Source: Coniocarpon cinnabarinum (Eukaryota). Taken from it: a DNA stretch of 58,367 bases. Positions within the stretch are counted from its first letter, which is position 1. Each line of letters opens with the position of its first letter. The notes under the pieces are model-generated. The model was not told the origin of the DNA. It searched no databases and saw only the letters and a program-made list of their open reading frames with translations. Shown in pieces: positions 23,521 through 33,819 of this stretch. The DNA is taken from positions 62,001-120,367 of the forward strand of contig JAVECO010000058.1 in assembly GCA_051942205.1 (NCBI GenBank). The letters are read 5' to 3'. The position numbers and the translations under genes were made by a program.

Positions 23521-23802
23521 ATGCACGCCAATTCTCTACTAGCGCCGGTTCTCCTCGTCATTACCACCATCGTCTACGCCGAATTCTGCCCTCATCCGCC
23601 CTGCACAATCATCCGAACTATACCGCAAACAAAGACGTACACGCAGCATATTGGGAAAGGTTTTAAGACATTTACGAGGACTTTGGCGCCGACGACTCAT
23701 GTGCAGACGCAAATGTTGAACTTTGAAGTCATGGGCACGATTATGCCGAGTGCTGTCAGCAGCGTTGTCAGTAGCGCCATATCGAAGGGGCACAATAATT
23801 GA
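23521..23802 (+). CDS. Putative small secreted protein (93 aa)
   Basis: Signal peptide MHANSLLAPVLLVITTIVYA followed by EFCPHPPCT and a Thr-rich region. Confidence 0.55.
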   Translation: MHANSLLAPVLLVITTIVYAEFCPHPPCTIIRTIPQTKTYTQHIGKGFKTFTRTLAPTTHVQTQMLNFEVMGTIMPSAVSSVVSSAISKGHNN

Positions 23803-24185
23803 TTCACACAATGTATGTACCTGAATGTGTCATCGAGGAGGAGAGATTTCGCATTTATGAGCGTTCTAGAAATCATAATTCGACCTTGGTAGTACGCACT
23901 TGTTAGACAAGGCTTGACATCTACGGGATCATGAGAAGGAGACTCTTATGTTATCGTTGCTTTTCTACCACAGTCCCATAATCCATGTGCGTCGTCTCCT
24001 GGACTGGTTGGAGTAACCGCCAAGCAAATTCGGGGAACACATTAGCCGCCCATGCCTTCACCTCCTACCTTTTGCCACTGCAATAGGACTCAGATCTGCT
24101 TAAAGCCGCAATTGATTGATGCCCTTTTGTAGATTTATTTGCTCTTCTCAACAACATTCATCACTTTGAACATCACCTTATCAAG

Positions 24186-24965
24186 ATGCGACTCCGGTCC
24201 GGCACTTCCACGGACTTGGACATCGTGGGACATACTAATGAATTGCATAATGAAGCAGGCACCGACGGAGGAGACACAAACGATGTGGAGATGATGGACG
24301 TGACCACAGATATTGGGAGCATGCACGATAAGGGTACTCAAACTGAAGACATGCACGATATGGGCACTCAAACTACAAGCATGCATGATAAGGGTACCCA
24401 GACTATCAGCATGCAAGACAAGGGCACCCAAACGAGCAACACTGAGGACCTGGAGATCACGAAGGCAACCCGACAGGCCATTCAAGACTATCTCTATGTC
24501 ACTGCCAACGCCATGGGCCGCGAGTGGGCGCAAGAGGACGCGTTGGAAAAGGAGTTCTCCGCTACGAGTCAGAAATACTATTCCCAAGCGCTGGATCAGA
24601 GCAATCGCTCTGAACGATCGATGAACATTTGGGCCAGATTCAATAGAATACAATGGCGCGGGTGGGAGCTCCTTTCTGACCGGATCAAGCTGAGTAACAT
24701 GGCAGCTGCCAGATTGCTTGCGATCATGGCGGATGGCGGGATGCTGCAAAATCTTATGCAGCAGGATTTGCGTCTAGCAGGCACATGGCGCAATAACCAT
24801 GATCGAAGGACTTTTATCTGGGCCACAAATTACAACTACAACTCTGAATTTCCAAGCCGACACGCAGATATTTTGAGGCGTATGTATCCGACCAGACTCG
24901 ATTTGTGTGATAACTGGACGAGCAGTGGATTATACATGATCTTTCTCCGTGAAGGGCTTGTGTAA
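24186..24965 (+). CDS. Orphan 259-aa protein with N-terminal MRLRSG motif and four tandem (K/M)GTQT repeats
   Basis: Single ORF with AAG-ATG context. Repeat copies differ largely at synonymous positions, which supports coding on the + strand. Confidence 0.7.
   Translation: MRLRSGTSTDLDIVGHTNELHNEAGTDGGDTNDVEMMDVTTDIGSMHDKGTQTEDMHDMGTQTTSMHDKGTQTISMQDKGTQTSNTEDLEITKATRQAIQDYLYVTANAMGREWAQEDALEKEFSATSQKYYSQALDQSNRSERSMNIWARFNRIQWRGWELLSDRIKLSNMAAARLLAIMADGGMLQNLMQQDLRLAGTWRNNHDRRTFIWATNYNYNSEFPSRHADILRRMYPTRLDLCDNWTSSGLYMIFLREGLV
24321..24440 (+). repeat. 4 x 30-bp coding tandem repeat (MHDKGTQTxx)
   Basis: atgcacgataagggtactcaaactgaagac / atgcacgatatgggcactcaaactacaagc / atgcatgataagggtacccagactatcagc / atgcaagacaagggcacccaaacgagcaac. 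Confidence 0.95.
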
Positions 24966-25469
24966 AGGTTTGTCCAACAATTCTGACCTGCTGCAGGGTC
25001 TCCGGGAGTCGGCGAAAGAAGGTTTTCTTGCCACCAAAAAGGTTTGTACCTTAGTTGGGTAGCCGAAGCCAAGGCAAAAGTCCACAATGCACACAGCGAT
25101 AAAGGAGCAGGAGGCCCATGAGAATCTTTTGCACAGCCGGGATTCATCTCAGACAATTGTATAAGCTTCTTGCAGGTGCATTTGAATAGCTACGCTTTCG
25201 CTTTGAAGCCAATTCACCGAACACGCGAGACGATTTTGACCAAGGCCAATAGACGGATGACCATTGCTAAGCTAGCCGGATAGCTGCTCAGGAAACATTC
25301 GAATGTCAAATACACTCACAAAAACGCCATGACAATGCTCATGAATGCCCTTCGCTTTCTAGTAGTCGTGACAACGTCCCTCAACTCCGTGGTATGCGTC
25401 ATACAGTAGAAGCCCCATAGCAGTAAACCTTTCAGGAAGCTCTCCAACAGGCAGTGTACTAAGTAAAGC

Positions 25470-26920
25470 TCATTCAACCTTCATCATTGCCTCCACAAAC
25501 TCCCCCAGCGGGCCCCAGAAATCGTCCTTATTTTTGCCACCATCCGCCAATCGAAACTCTTCCACAAATAGGCAGAAGTGCTTGAAGCTTGTGTTTAGGT
25601 GCGCCTCGAGTCCCAGTTGCACCACAACAGCGTAGTGATGACAGTAAATGTGCGCGTACACACGGTACAACCTCTTGAACATTGACGTGACGGTGGGCTT
25701 GAATTGTTTCGGGAACTGGACGCCGAGCTTGGCGGGAAAGAGATCGGTGTTGTCAATGTTGGCTTGACACCAGGACATCAAGTGCTCCACGTATTCCGGT
25801 GCGGGCATTTTGGTGGGCCGCTTGAACTGCGGATTCGAGGAGTCTTGCCAAAGATATTCATACTCGTCGGAAGCTTTCATCTCGGGGCAGGATGTCGGGG
25901 AGCAGAACTCGGTGATGGAGCCATAGAGCAGGTTTAATTGATTGTAGAAGTCAACGACTGTCATTTGAACCCCTGTCAGCATGCCGCTCAACTTCGTGTC
26001 ACTGCTGGATCATTGCAACAAACCGTTTACCGCAAGCCACTCATTCTCATCTTCGCCCTCCGGTAGCTTGACCGCTTTTCGCAGGCTACCACTTCCTAGT
26101 GTCGCCTCCGCAAACTGCCGCAACTGCCAGCTTGGGGTTCCTTTGCCAGCTGATCTAGTAGTCGGGCGAAAGGGGCCCCTTGCACGGTTATGTCTGTCAA
26201 AAACTTCGGTTAGCTTTTGCTGTGACTCTCCCAGGTAAGCTTCTTGTCTTCGCGGCGATCTGGACGGAATACGTGGAGGGTCGCTGCCGCTAAAAAAATT
26301 GTAGGGCGACGACACATCTTCTGAGAGACGCGAGTCATCTCGTTGGCTCCCTTCCTCTTCCAGAGTCTGCTGCGTGCGGCGAGTCTCCGGTGAGTGTGAC
26401 ATTCGAAGCGGTGATGAGCGCAAAGGTCCTGCGCCGTTTCTTTTCAGGGACCGACCGCCGTGTGTTTCTTCACTCAATCGCTTCTTTCCTTTCGCACCGT
26501 CTTTGCTTCGTCGCACCCAAGCCAAAGGGCTTGACGCCTTGCTGGAACTGCGACCGGAGGGCGAAATACTAGCCAAGGCATCCCACAGCGGCGAGAACAG
26601 ACTGTTCTCCTTTCGGAGTTCAACGGCGTTCTGACTTTGCTCCAGAGTTGCTGCGACACCTTCACCTAAGTCTACCGACATGAAGCTGCTGCTATGCGCA
26701 AGACTCTCAACGGGTGACAATGGCCTCGCTGGGAGGATGTAGGGTGAGCTTCGCAGCGGCGTTCCCGATCCGTGTGCGGCGAATGCTGACGCTGAAGAAT
26801 CCATGTTCGAGATTCTAGTGTTGCGACGTGGCGGAAAAAGATGTAAAGTGCAAATCCAAGCGCAACACCGATCGTGAGAAAAGAGAAAGACACGCACATG
26901 GTATTGAAGAAGGACGTCAT
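25470..26920 (-). CDS. MOB1: MOB kinase activator Mob1; 3 exons
   Basis: Exon 1 MTSFFNT(I), intron 26194-26897, exon 2 [10 protein letters not shown]...[33 protein letters not shown], intron 25958-26023, exon 3 [19 protein letters not shown]...[15 protein letters not shown]...HLNTSFKHF. Confidence 0.93.
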
Positions 26921-27705
26921 GTTGATCTTATGAGGCTCTACGGATTATATGGCCGCATACGAGCTGCACCGCGTCTGATGGACTGTGGGGCAGATTGCAA
27001 GATCTAGTGGCATTCCTCAGTTAGCAGAGGTGGTGTTTCAGGTCTGACTGCAGCAACCAGAGGAATCTCATCTTACTTTCAAGTGACACAGATCTATCAG
27101 ACCAGCGGGGAGCGCAGATGGAAATGAATGAAGTTGTGGATGTTGCTGTCGCTGGCGGTCTGCCAATCGGAAGAAATTCGTGTTTACCATAGCAACCGCG
27201 TTTTATCTCCGGTACTAACTCCGACCCCGCCACCCCTTGAACTGATTCAATATTTGCAAACTCTTGAATTCGTCCTCCTAGGTCCTTCGCCGGTTGGATC
27301 TTACATGCGCGCTCAAGCAATGGCTTCTCGATTTGTACCCGTTCATCAGTGCATGGCCGGACGTTTTGGCCTCTCGTCTAGAGCCCTTCGGGCACAATAG
27401 CCGAACGTTCACGTGCAAAAGATAAAAGCGCGAAACTGACGGAATTCGTACACTAAACTCCGAAGCCCCTATCAATTTGTTTGCTCATGTACATCGATGC
27501 ACTACCCAGAGGATAAATCACCGCAGCTCTTTGATTCTAGGTATGAAGCATCTCGAGTGAGGGTGAGGTAAAAGGGGCAGGCTCGGGGACAGACCAAGTT
27601 GAAGTGTCGAGTTGCGGTTCCAGTCCTTGCTGATGCTTCCGAGCAGCTGATGTCCCGAATCGAGTGCTATGCTGGATGCGTGACCCCAGCTCCTGCAGCT
27701 CGTGT

Positions 27706-28944
27706 TCACGCAAGACGTGATGCGTCTGTGTCTGAGCGGTCTCTACTCGCGCAAATGTTTTCGCCATCACGCAGCAGCGTGTCGAGTTTACCAGCACCTG
27801 TCAGCTTGACATCAATGCCAGGTGGTATCGAGCCGTCAGCACTTCGAGATGTGCCACCTGATTTGCCGGCTCGACGCATGCGAAGCCCGATCAAAATTGA
27901 CGAGAGTCGGCTGTCCAGCCGATCTTGTAGTCGGACTATGAGGGTCCTGAATGACGGGAGACACGCAGTGAGAAGATACATGCCACACTCTAGGTAAGTG
28001 ACGATCGTGTCGAGTGCGATGGATTCTAGGGTTTTGTGAGTGACGTGAGCCTTTGAAAACATCCAATGGATGACCTACGTGTAGTGTGCTGTGGAGTGGG
28101 CTGGTCGACGTATGTGCGCCTAATGTAAAGGCCAAATCTTAGCAAAGCTCCAACAATTCCTGCGCCTCCGGCCGCGAAAGTGACAAGCAGGCCCATCCGT
28201 TTAGCAAGGCTCATATGCATGTTCCAAAGTATCGGCATCGGGAGGAGAAGCATGACTAAATCTGAGACTATATTGGGAAGACTGATCCAGGTCCCTAGCA
28301 AATTATAGTTGAGACACTTGTCATGAGGGCCTTGCTCATGCCAGTATGCTGAAATTGGATGACAAACCTATTTAACGATGTGAATGTCTCTGAGACAGGA
28401 AGAGTTGAGGCTGACTCACTGCTATAGTAGGAACTAACCAAGCTATCGCGTTAACGATAATAAAAACCATGATACCGTGCGTGATGTGGCGGGCCCAAGT
28501 TGTAATGTAGAACACGCGGAGGTACAATACGCATAGGGATAGTTTTGGAAGTGCTGTAGCGACAGGATATAGTATACTAAGAGCGTAGTTGGCTTTGAAG
28601 ATCGTCAAGATGCTGCTTTGCTTCGATGATTTGCTGCGAGCAGAGTAATATGCAATCCAACCTTGACAATAAACTGAAAAGACTGGTCAGAAAGAGAGAC
28701 TGCCTCTGAGTCTTGGGCGCGCTTTTATTTTACCAATAGCAGAGGCGCACATAAGCACGAAGACGGTCAGTGCCACACCAATCAGGATATCGTTCCAACC
28801 AACCGCAACGCGCTGTTTGCCACTGGTAAAAAGCGTTGAGAATTTGAGGACGACAAAAAGCACTGTGAGCGCTATCAATACTCCAGCGCCTCTGAGTGTT
28901 TGTTGAAGCTCGTGGTTTTCGCCGGCAGTGGTTTCTGTTGCCAT
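27706..28944 (-). CDS. PTH11-like (rhodopsin-domain) 7-TM integral membrane protein without CFEM; 4 exons
   Basis: GWNDILI, PKLSLCVLYLRVF, VCHPISAYW...KC, NIVSDLVMLLLPMPILWNMHM...KRMGLLVTF, LECGMYLLTACLPSFR. Confidence 0.88.
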
Positions 28945-30846
28945 GGTGAGTCAAAGGCAAGGTTTACCGTTCGTCCACAAGATGAAGAGAGAACAGAGAA
29001 CCGGTTGCATTATTTAGCAGGGGCAATGATGAAAGCGCCTGAATAAGAGTAACTCGCAAAAGGTCTACTTCTAGCGAACTGCACTGTTTGAGCCACTTGT
29101 GATGAAGTAGCAATCCGCTGTGTGCTGCACTGGGACTGTGACCGAGGCTCTGAGACGAAGATGATGTGTGGGGTGATCTTTCTCTTCTCAACCTTGTTTT
29201 CGCGGATATCGGATGCGTCAAAGCCAAACTGCAGGCTGACAGCATGCGGGAGGACTATTGCTGCAGTGGTATGTATGATAAAGGGATGGCCACAAGCTGC
29301 GCTAGTAGCGCACACGAGACACGGCAGGACGGATCAATCACGGGTTGGTAAGATGAAACTGCAGCTGAATGCAGGGTTAGGCGAATGTGTGTAGTAGCAG
29401 CGGGTCCACCGGCATAAGTCGTCCGCATGCCTTTATTGAAACTTTGCAATAGTGTACCCAGCATCACAAGTGCCGTAGCGAGAGAAGCAGGCCGCCCAAA
29501 GCTCCACGATACGCACCGCTCTTCATGGATCCATGACATCCATTTGGCCAAGCCGGGGTGAATGCAAAGTCGGAAAGGTGCCCGAGTCCTAGGCAGGCAG
29601 CTTCAGCGCACGCCGCGGGCCCTTGCAGCATAGTGTGCTTATATGCGCCACTTCCAAACAAGATGAGTGGACGCATCCCCTGTTCAAGTGCCTTGACTGA
29701 TGTTCAAAATGGCCACGGCCTACCCGCCAGTGACCGAGTCAAGTCAACTCCGCCGGTTGATGACGTTCTGCTAGGAGTTCTGAGACAGTCATGTGCCGTA
29801 GTGGGCCGTAATAGATGGCAAGGTAGCTCGGACCATTACATCTCATGTTTCAATTTCCTCATGATAACATTGACGATGCACGCCGCATGATGTTGTAGTA
29901 TACTCCTTCACCTGCTGCAGGAATGTCCGAGCTGAATCCTGCAATGAGACTGGGACAGCAGAATTTGGATCTTTCACACTCACAGCTTATCATGGGAGCT
30001 AATGGTAACGCCGCAAGTGTACAAGCAGTCTAACCCTCCGCAAAACTTCTGTTTGTCTCGTTCGTCGTCCGTTTGGTGGGCATTTTGCGGTGTGCGACCG
30101 CTAAAAGTTAGAGATGAGAACCAGCGCGGGAGACAAAATCCATGAGAAAGATGAACAAAAACTCACGAGGTACATGATGTTGCTACGTGCCATGTTTCGA
30201 GGACATGACAGTGGACAGGGGGTATCTCATGTCATATGGAGCACAATCCACAGCAAACGCGGTTCCGGTCATGTGGAATCCGCGCCAGAAGCCAAATGTC
30301 GGCCTACTGCAAGTTAAGTGCCATCGTCAGAAACCCTGGCATGGCCCCTTTGTGGTCCACACTCATGTCGTGCAAGATTGATGCAAGTCCGCTCTGCAAG
30401 ATCTCAGACGGGGTAAACGGGGCTCCGTGGTAATTAGCGAAGGACGCATGCAGCTAGACCGAATGTGACAGAACAGGTTTTGCAAGTTGCTGTACGAACA
30501 GGGCACGTCGACCTTGTTTGCAAGGCGTCCAAGGCATGTGCATCCCGGCTGGGCCCCCGTCCTCTTGCATCATGCTCATCTTCCAGCCGAAAGGGGTGTC
30601 ATGCTTACCGTCATTGCGTCTGCAAGACGGCTGATAGAACCAATCTGCGCCCATCCGTTCGATGCCATCAAGGGATGTGACCAGTCCGACGCGCGTCGTA
30701 GTTCGCCTCTACGGCGCCTTAACGAATCCACATGCAGGCGGCCAAGAGAGAGATAAAGCCAGGCTATGATCCAGCAACCAGACTTTCTCATCACTTGTCA
30801 TTCATGTTTTCCACATACATGGTGTCCCTCCGTGCTGATCCGTAAC

Positions 30847-32168
30847 ATGGATCTTGATCATTTACGAGTCTTCTTGATATTGATTCTCATTCGCTTGGTT
30901 CGCGGCGACTATCCTTGTACAGACCTCAATTGCGTGACACCGTTTCCCCCAGGTCATCATGATGTTGGACAGTCGTGGTGGTCTATCGGGGGTGAAGAGC
31001 TCAGTGCGACGTTTTTCCATGCGGAGGGGTCGCTGATAGTAGGTAATGCTCCTTTAGATAGCGAAGGTTATATGGCTATCAATCCAGCATTGGAGAATAC
31101 AGTATGTCATCCTTGGAACTTTGGGGTGAGAGGACACTTCCAGATATTGATCAGTGCAGAATGTTTCGGATTTTCTTGATAGCAGCCCGACAAACCAAAC
31201 TTTCGGGCTTGTGACGTTAGGGTCAAGATGGCCTATGTAAGGACTGCGACTCGTGGTTGTCCACTGCGGTTACAAACAACTAACCAAATCAGGTGCAATC
31301 AGACACTAGGATCTTGGTGCACGACTATAGACGCTTTCCTTCGAGGAAGTCCACTGAGCGGCCTATGGAACCAACCTTATAGCTACAATTCATCGAAGTC
31401 TGTGAATCGAGTCAACTTTGGCTGTAAGCATCCCCACCGCCACTTAGTATAGCAAGACTACGAATATCTGAAAACCTTCTCACAGATACATACTGTATCA
31501 ATTTGGATAGCAGGAAATGTCGGGACCATTTACGTGGCATTTGCAAGGAAAGTGACAGCACTGACACCGCCGTCTGTCAGCAAAGCGCACCTGAACCTTG
31601 TAACCATACTGATGTCGCTCTGTGTGGACCATTGAGAAGACCTTTCCTGACTATAACCAGTCTGGACTCTGCAACTATGGAGTATACCCCACATACAGAA
31701 AGTCTGGTTGGTCGGGCTCTGTATGGGAAAGGGTTTCCGTCCGGTGAGCCGAAACAATTGTCACGGATTTATTCTGCCCCTCAAAAAGCTGAATGGAACA
31801 TCCGTCTGATAAGATACGGCAGACGACATGATTGAGCCCAAGCAGCTATGGCTGAAGACAGAATGTCAGTGTGGCTTCAACGGCATCATCCCACAGCACA
31901 TGTACACCAATTTATCGATCAAACTAGATCGAGCCATGCCGAATTTCCCCGACTCGATAAACGCAAGGAACTCGAGCAACACACCACCCCGTACAACAGA
32001 CGGTGGTGTAACTTGGAACATAGATCAAGGTATGTCAGGAAACATACGCGTCGCAGAGCGGGAAGCTGAAGTCAATTTCAAGTCGACATTCCAGCCAGCC
32101 ACTGTGTAAATTACACACCCTGCAACAACGGCACTGAAGTGCAGAAAAGGCTTCGACGATACCATTAG
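30847..32168 (+). CDS. Uncharacterised secreted Cys-rich protein, multi-exon
   Basis: Signal peptide MDLDHLRVFLILILIRLVRG. Exons include GQSWWSIGG...LIVGNAP, CNQTLGSWCTT, GFPS/DDMIEPKQLWLKTECQCGFNGIIPQHMYTNLSIKLD, TTDGGVTWNIDQ/VDIPASHC...RRYH*. Joined via GTATGT/GTAAGG/GTGAGC donors; one internal junction is uncertain. Confidence 0.7.
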
Positions 32169-33070
32169 CAGCTTGGACGTTGAATAACTCAGCAGTGGCA
32201 TCAGCACCAGCAGACTCCTTTCTCAGATTCAGTCCATGTGCAACAAACCTGCAGCCAGAGTCAAGCAATGCCTGTCTCAACGACTTTTCAACGGTCTTCT
32301 TCTAAGGAAGCGCTCCACAACTTCAGTACGCTTTAGCAAAGAGCAATCAATGGTTAGATAATGGTTTAGTGGGGGTTGGGTCGCGCCAAAACCATGACCT
32401 GTGTACCAAGCGACTGACCGGCTCTCATGGTTATGCAAACAGATGATGCACCTAAGGCGCTTCCATTACGCTCATGAATGTTGCAAATGTATTCAACTCA
32501 AGCCACAGCAATTTCTGGGCTTTTATGTATGTTATCGTTCATTTCATCAGCTTCTTCGGCAAAACACTGGTTTTCTTTGCGTTTTTGCCCCGGCGAAATA
32601 AATTCAACACGCTTTTATCAACAAGGGACCCTTCTGTACGCGTGTTACATTAGCCAGGAATGAAGTACACAAGAAAAAGCAACGACCACTTACGGAATCT
32701 ATTAGCAGAATCGCATGCATGCACGCACAAGTTCGCCACTTATGCAAACCTTGCTGTCCAGCCTCCAATAAAAGTATAGCCAAATCCCAATCCTAAACAG
32801 CGGCAATCGCCATATCAACCACCAAGCCATACTCATCAAATCGCAATCGCAAACGCCATCATAACCGCTAAGCGTCAAACCTAATTCCGCAAAGAATCGC
32901 TGCACCATAGCAAAACCTAACAACCATCCACTAATCACATCACATGACAATTATCCACTAATCACACTACCAGGGAGCATTCTCGTTAGCATTACAATAG
33001 TATACACCGAGTACAGCATCCTTCAAACCTGCATCCTCCGAATCTCCATCATAAAACACTCCCTTTCTAG

Positions 33071-33106
33071 CCCTTGTCACAACCCTTGTCACAACCCTTG
33101 TCACAA
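33071..33106. repeat. 3 x 12-bp tandem repeat CCCTTGTCACAA
   Basis: cccttgtcacaa repeated three times. Confidence 0.9.
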
Positions 33107-33288
33107 GCCAAACTATCCTCCCAAGCCAACGAAGCAAACGCTTTCATTAATTCAAAGTGACTACCAAAATTACTCCCCAGGTACAGTCTACCAAATCCAA
33201 GCTTCAAGGACATTCTTTTAAACACGTCCTTGAATAAAGACATGATCACAGTGTGTTTTTGGTGAGCTGGCACAATGCAAAAGCGGTG

Positions 33289-33410
33289 ATATTGTGATAT
33301 TTTGGTATTTGAATGTCTTGATATTTGAATGTCTTGATATTTTGATGGCTTGACATTTTGATGTGTTGACATTTTGATGTGTTGATATTTTGATGTCTTG
33401 ATATTTTGAC
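33289..33410. repeat. Degenerate minisatellite, 16-bp unit TTGATATTTTGATGTC built from 8-bp subunits
   Basis: tatttgaatgtcttgatatttgaatgtcttgatattttgatggcttgacattttgatgtgttgacattttgatgtgttgatattttgatgtcttgatattttgac. Confidence 0.85.
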
Positions 33411-33819
33411 AAATGGGTAACAGCAACGCTTTCCAAGGAATAGGTGGCGAGTGGTGCTATCTTGCTTTTTGGGCACGGCGTCTTCGCTTCTACGCTCGCG
33501 GAAGTCTCCTACGGACAAATTTGGAGCCATCGCGACATTACAGGCAGATTCCTTGGAATCGGACTTTGCAGTCAAAGCTCGCTCAATAGGCTGAATGGAA
33601 AAACTCACACAAGATACAAGTGCAGGCGGAGATGCTGTCGAGTAATGAAAATTGTTTGAATCTATGTCTAGTTCTAGTCGCGGTCTAGGTATCTGTACAG
33701 TCTATCATTAAGTCTGGTTCAAGTCATGGGCTCCCTTTGCTATCGTTTGTGAGCTCGGGTATCTCCATCATCTAGGCGTCGCCTGTCTTCATCTCCTCCA
33801 GAGGGACAAAGGGAACATC

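Noticed and set aside
24135..24749. 204-aa minus-strand ORF
   Set aside because: Antisense shadow of the TQT protein; repeat variation is synonymous in the + frame.
28960..30800. Short ORFs between the PTH11-like and secreted genes
   Set aside because: No motifs, signal peptides or consistent splice structure; treated as intergenic.
33289..33410. Repeat array as a possible CRISPR
   Set aside because: Contiguous degenerate 8/16-bp units without unique spacers, in a eukaryotic context with no cas genes.
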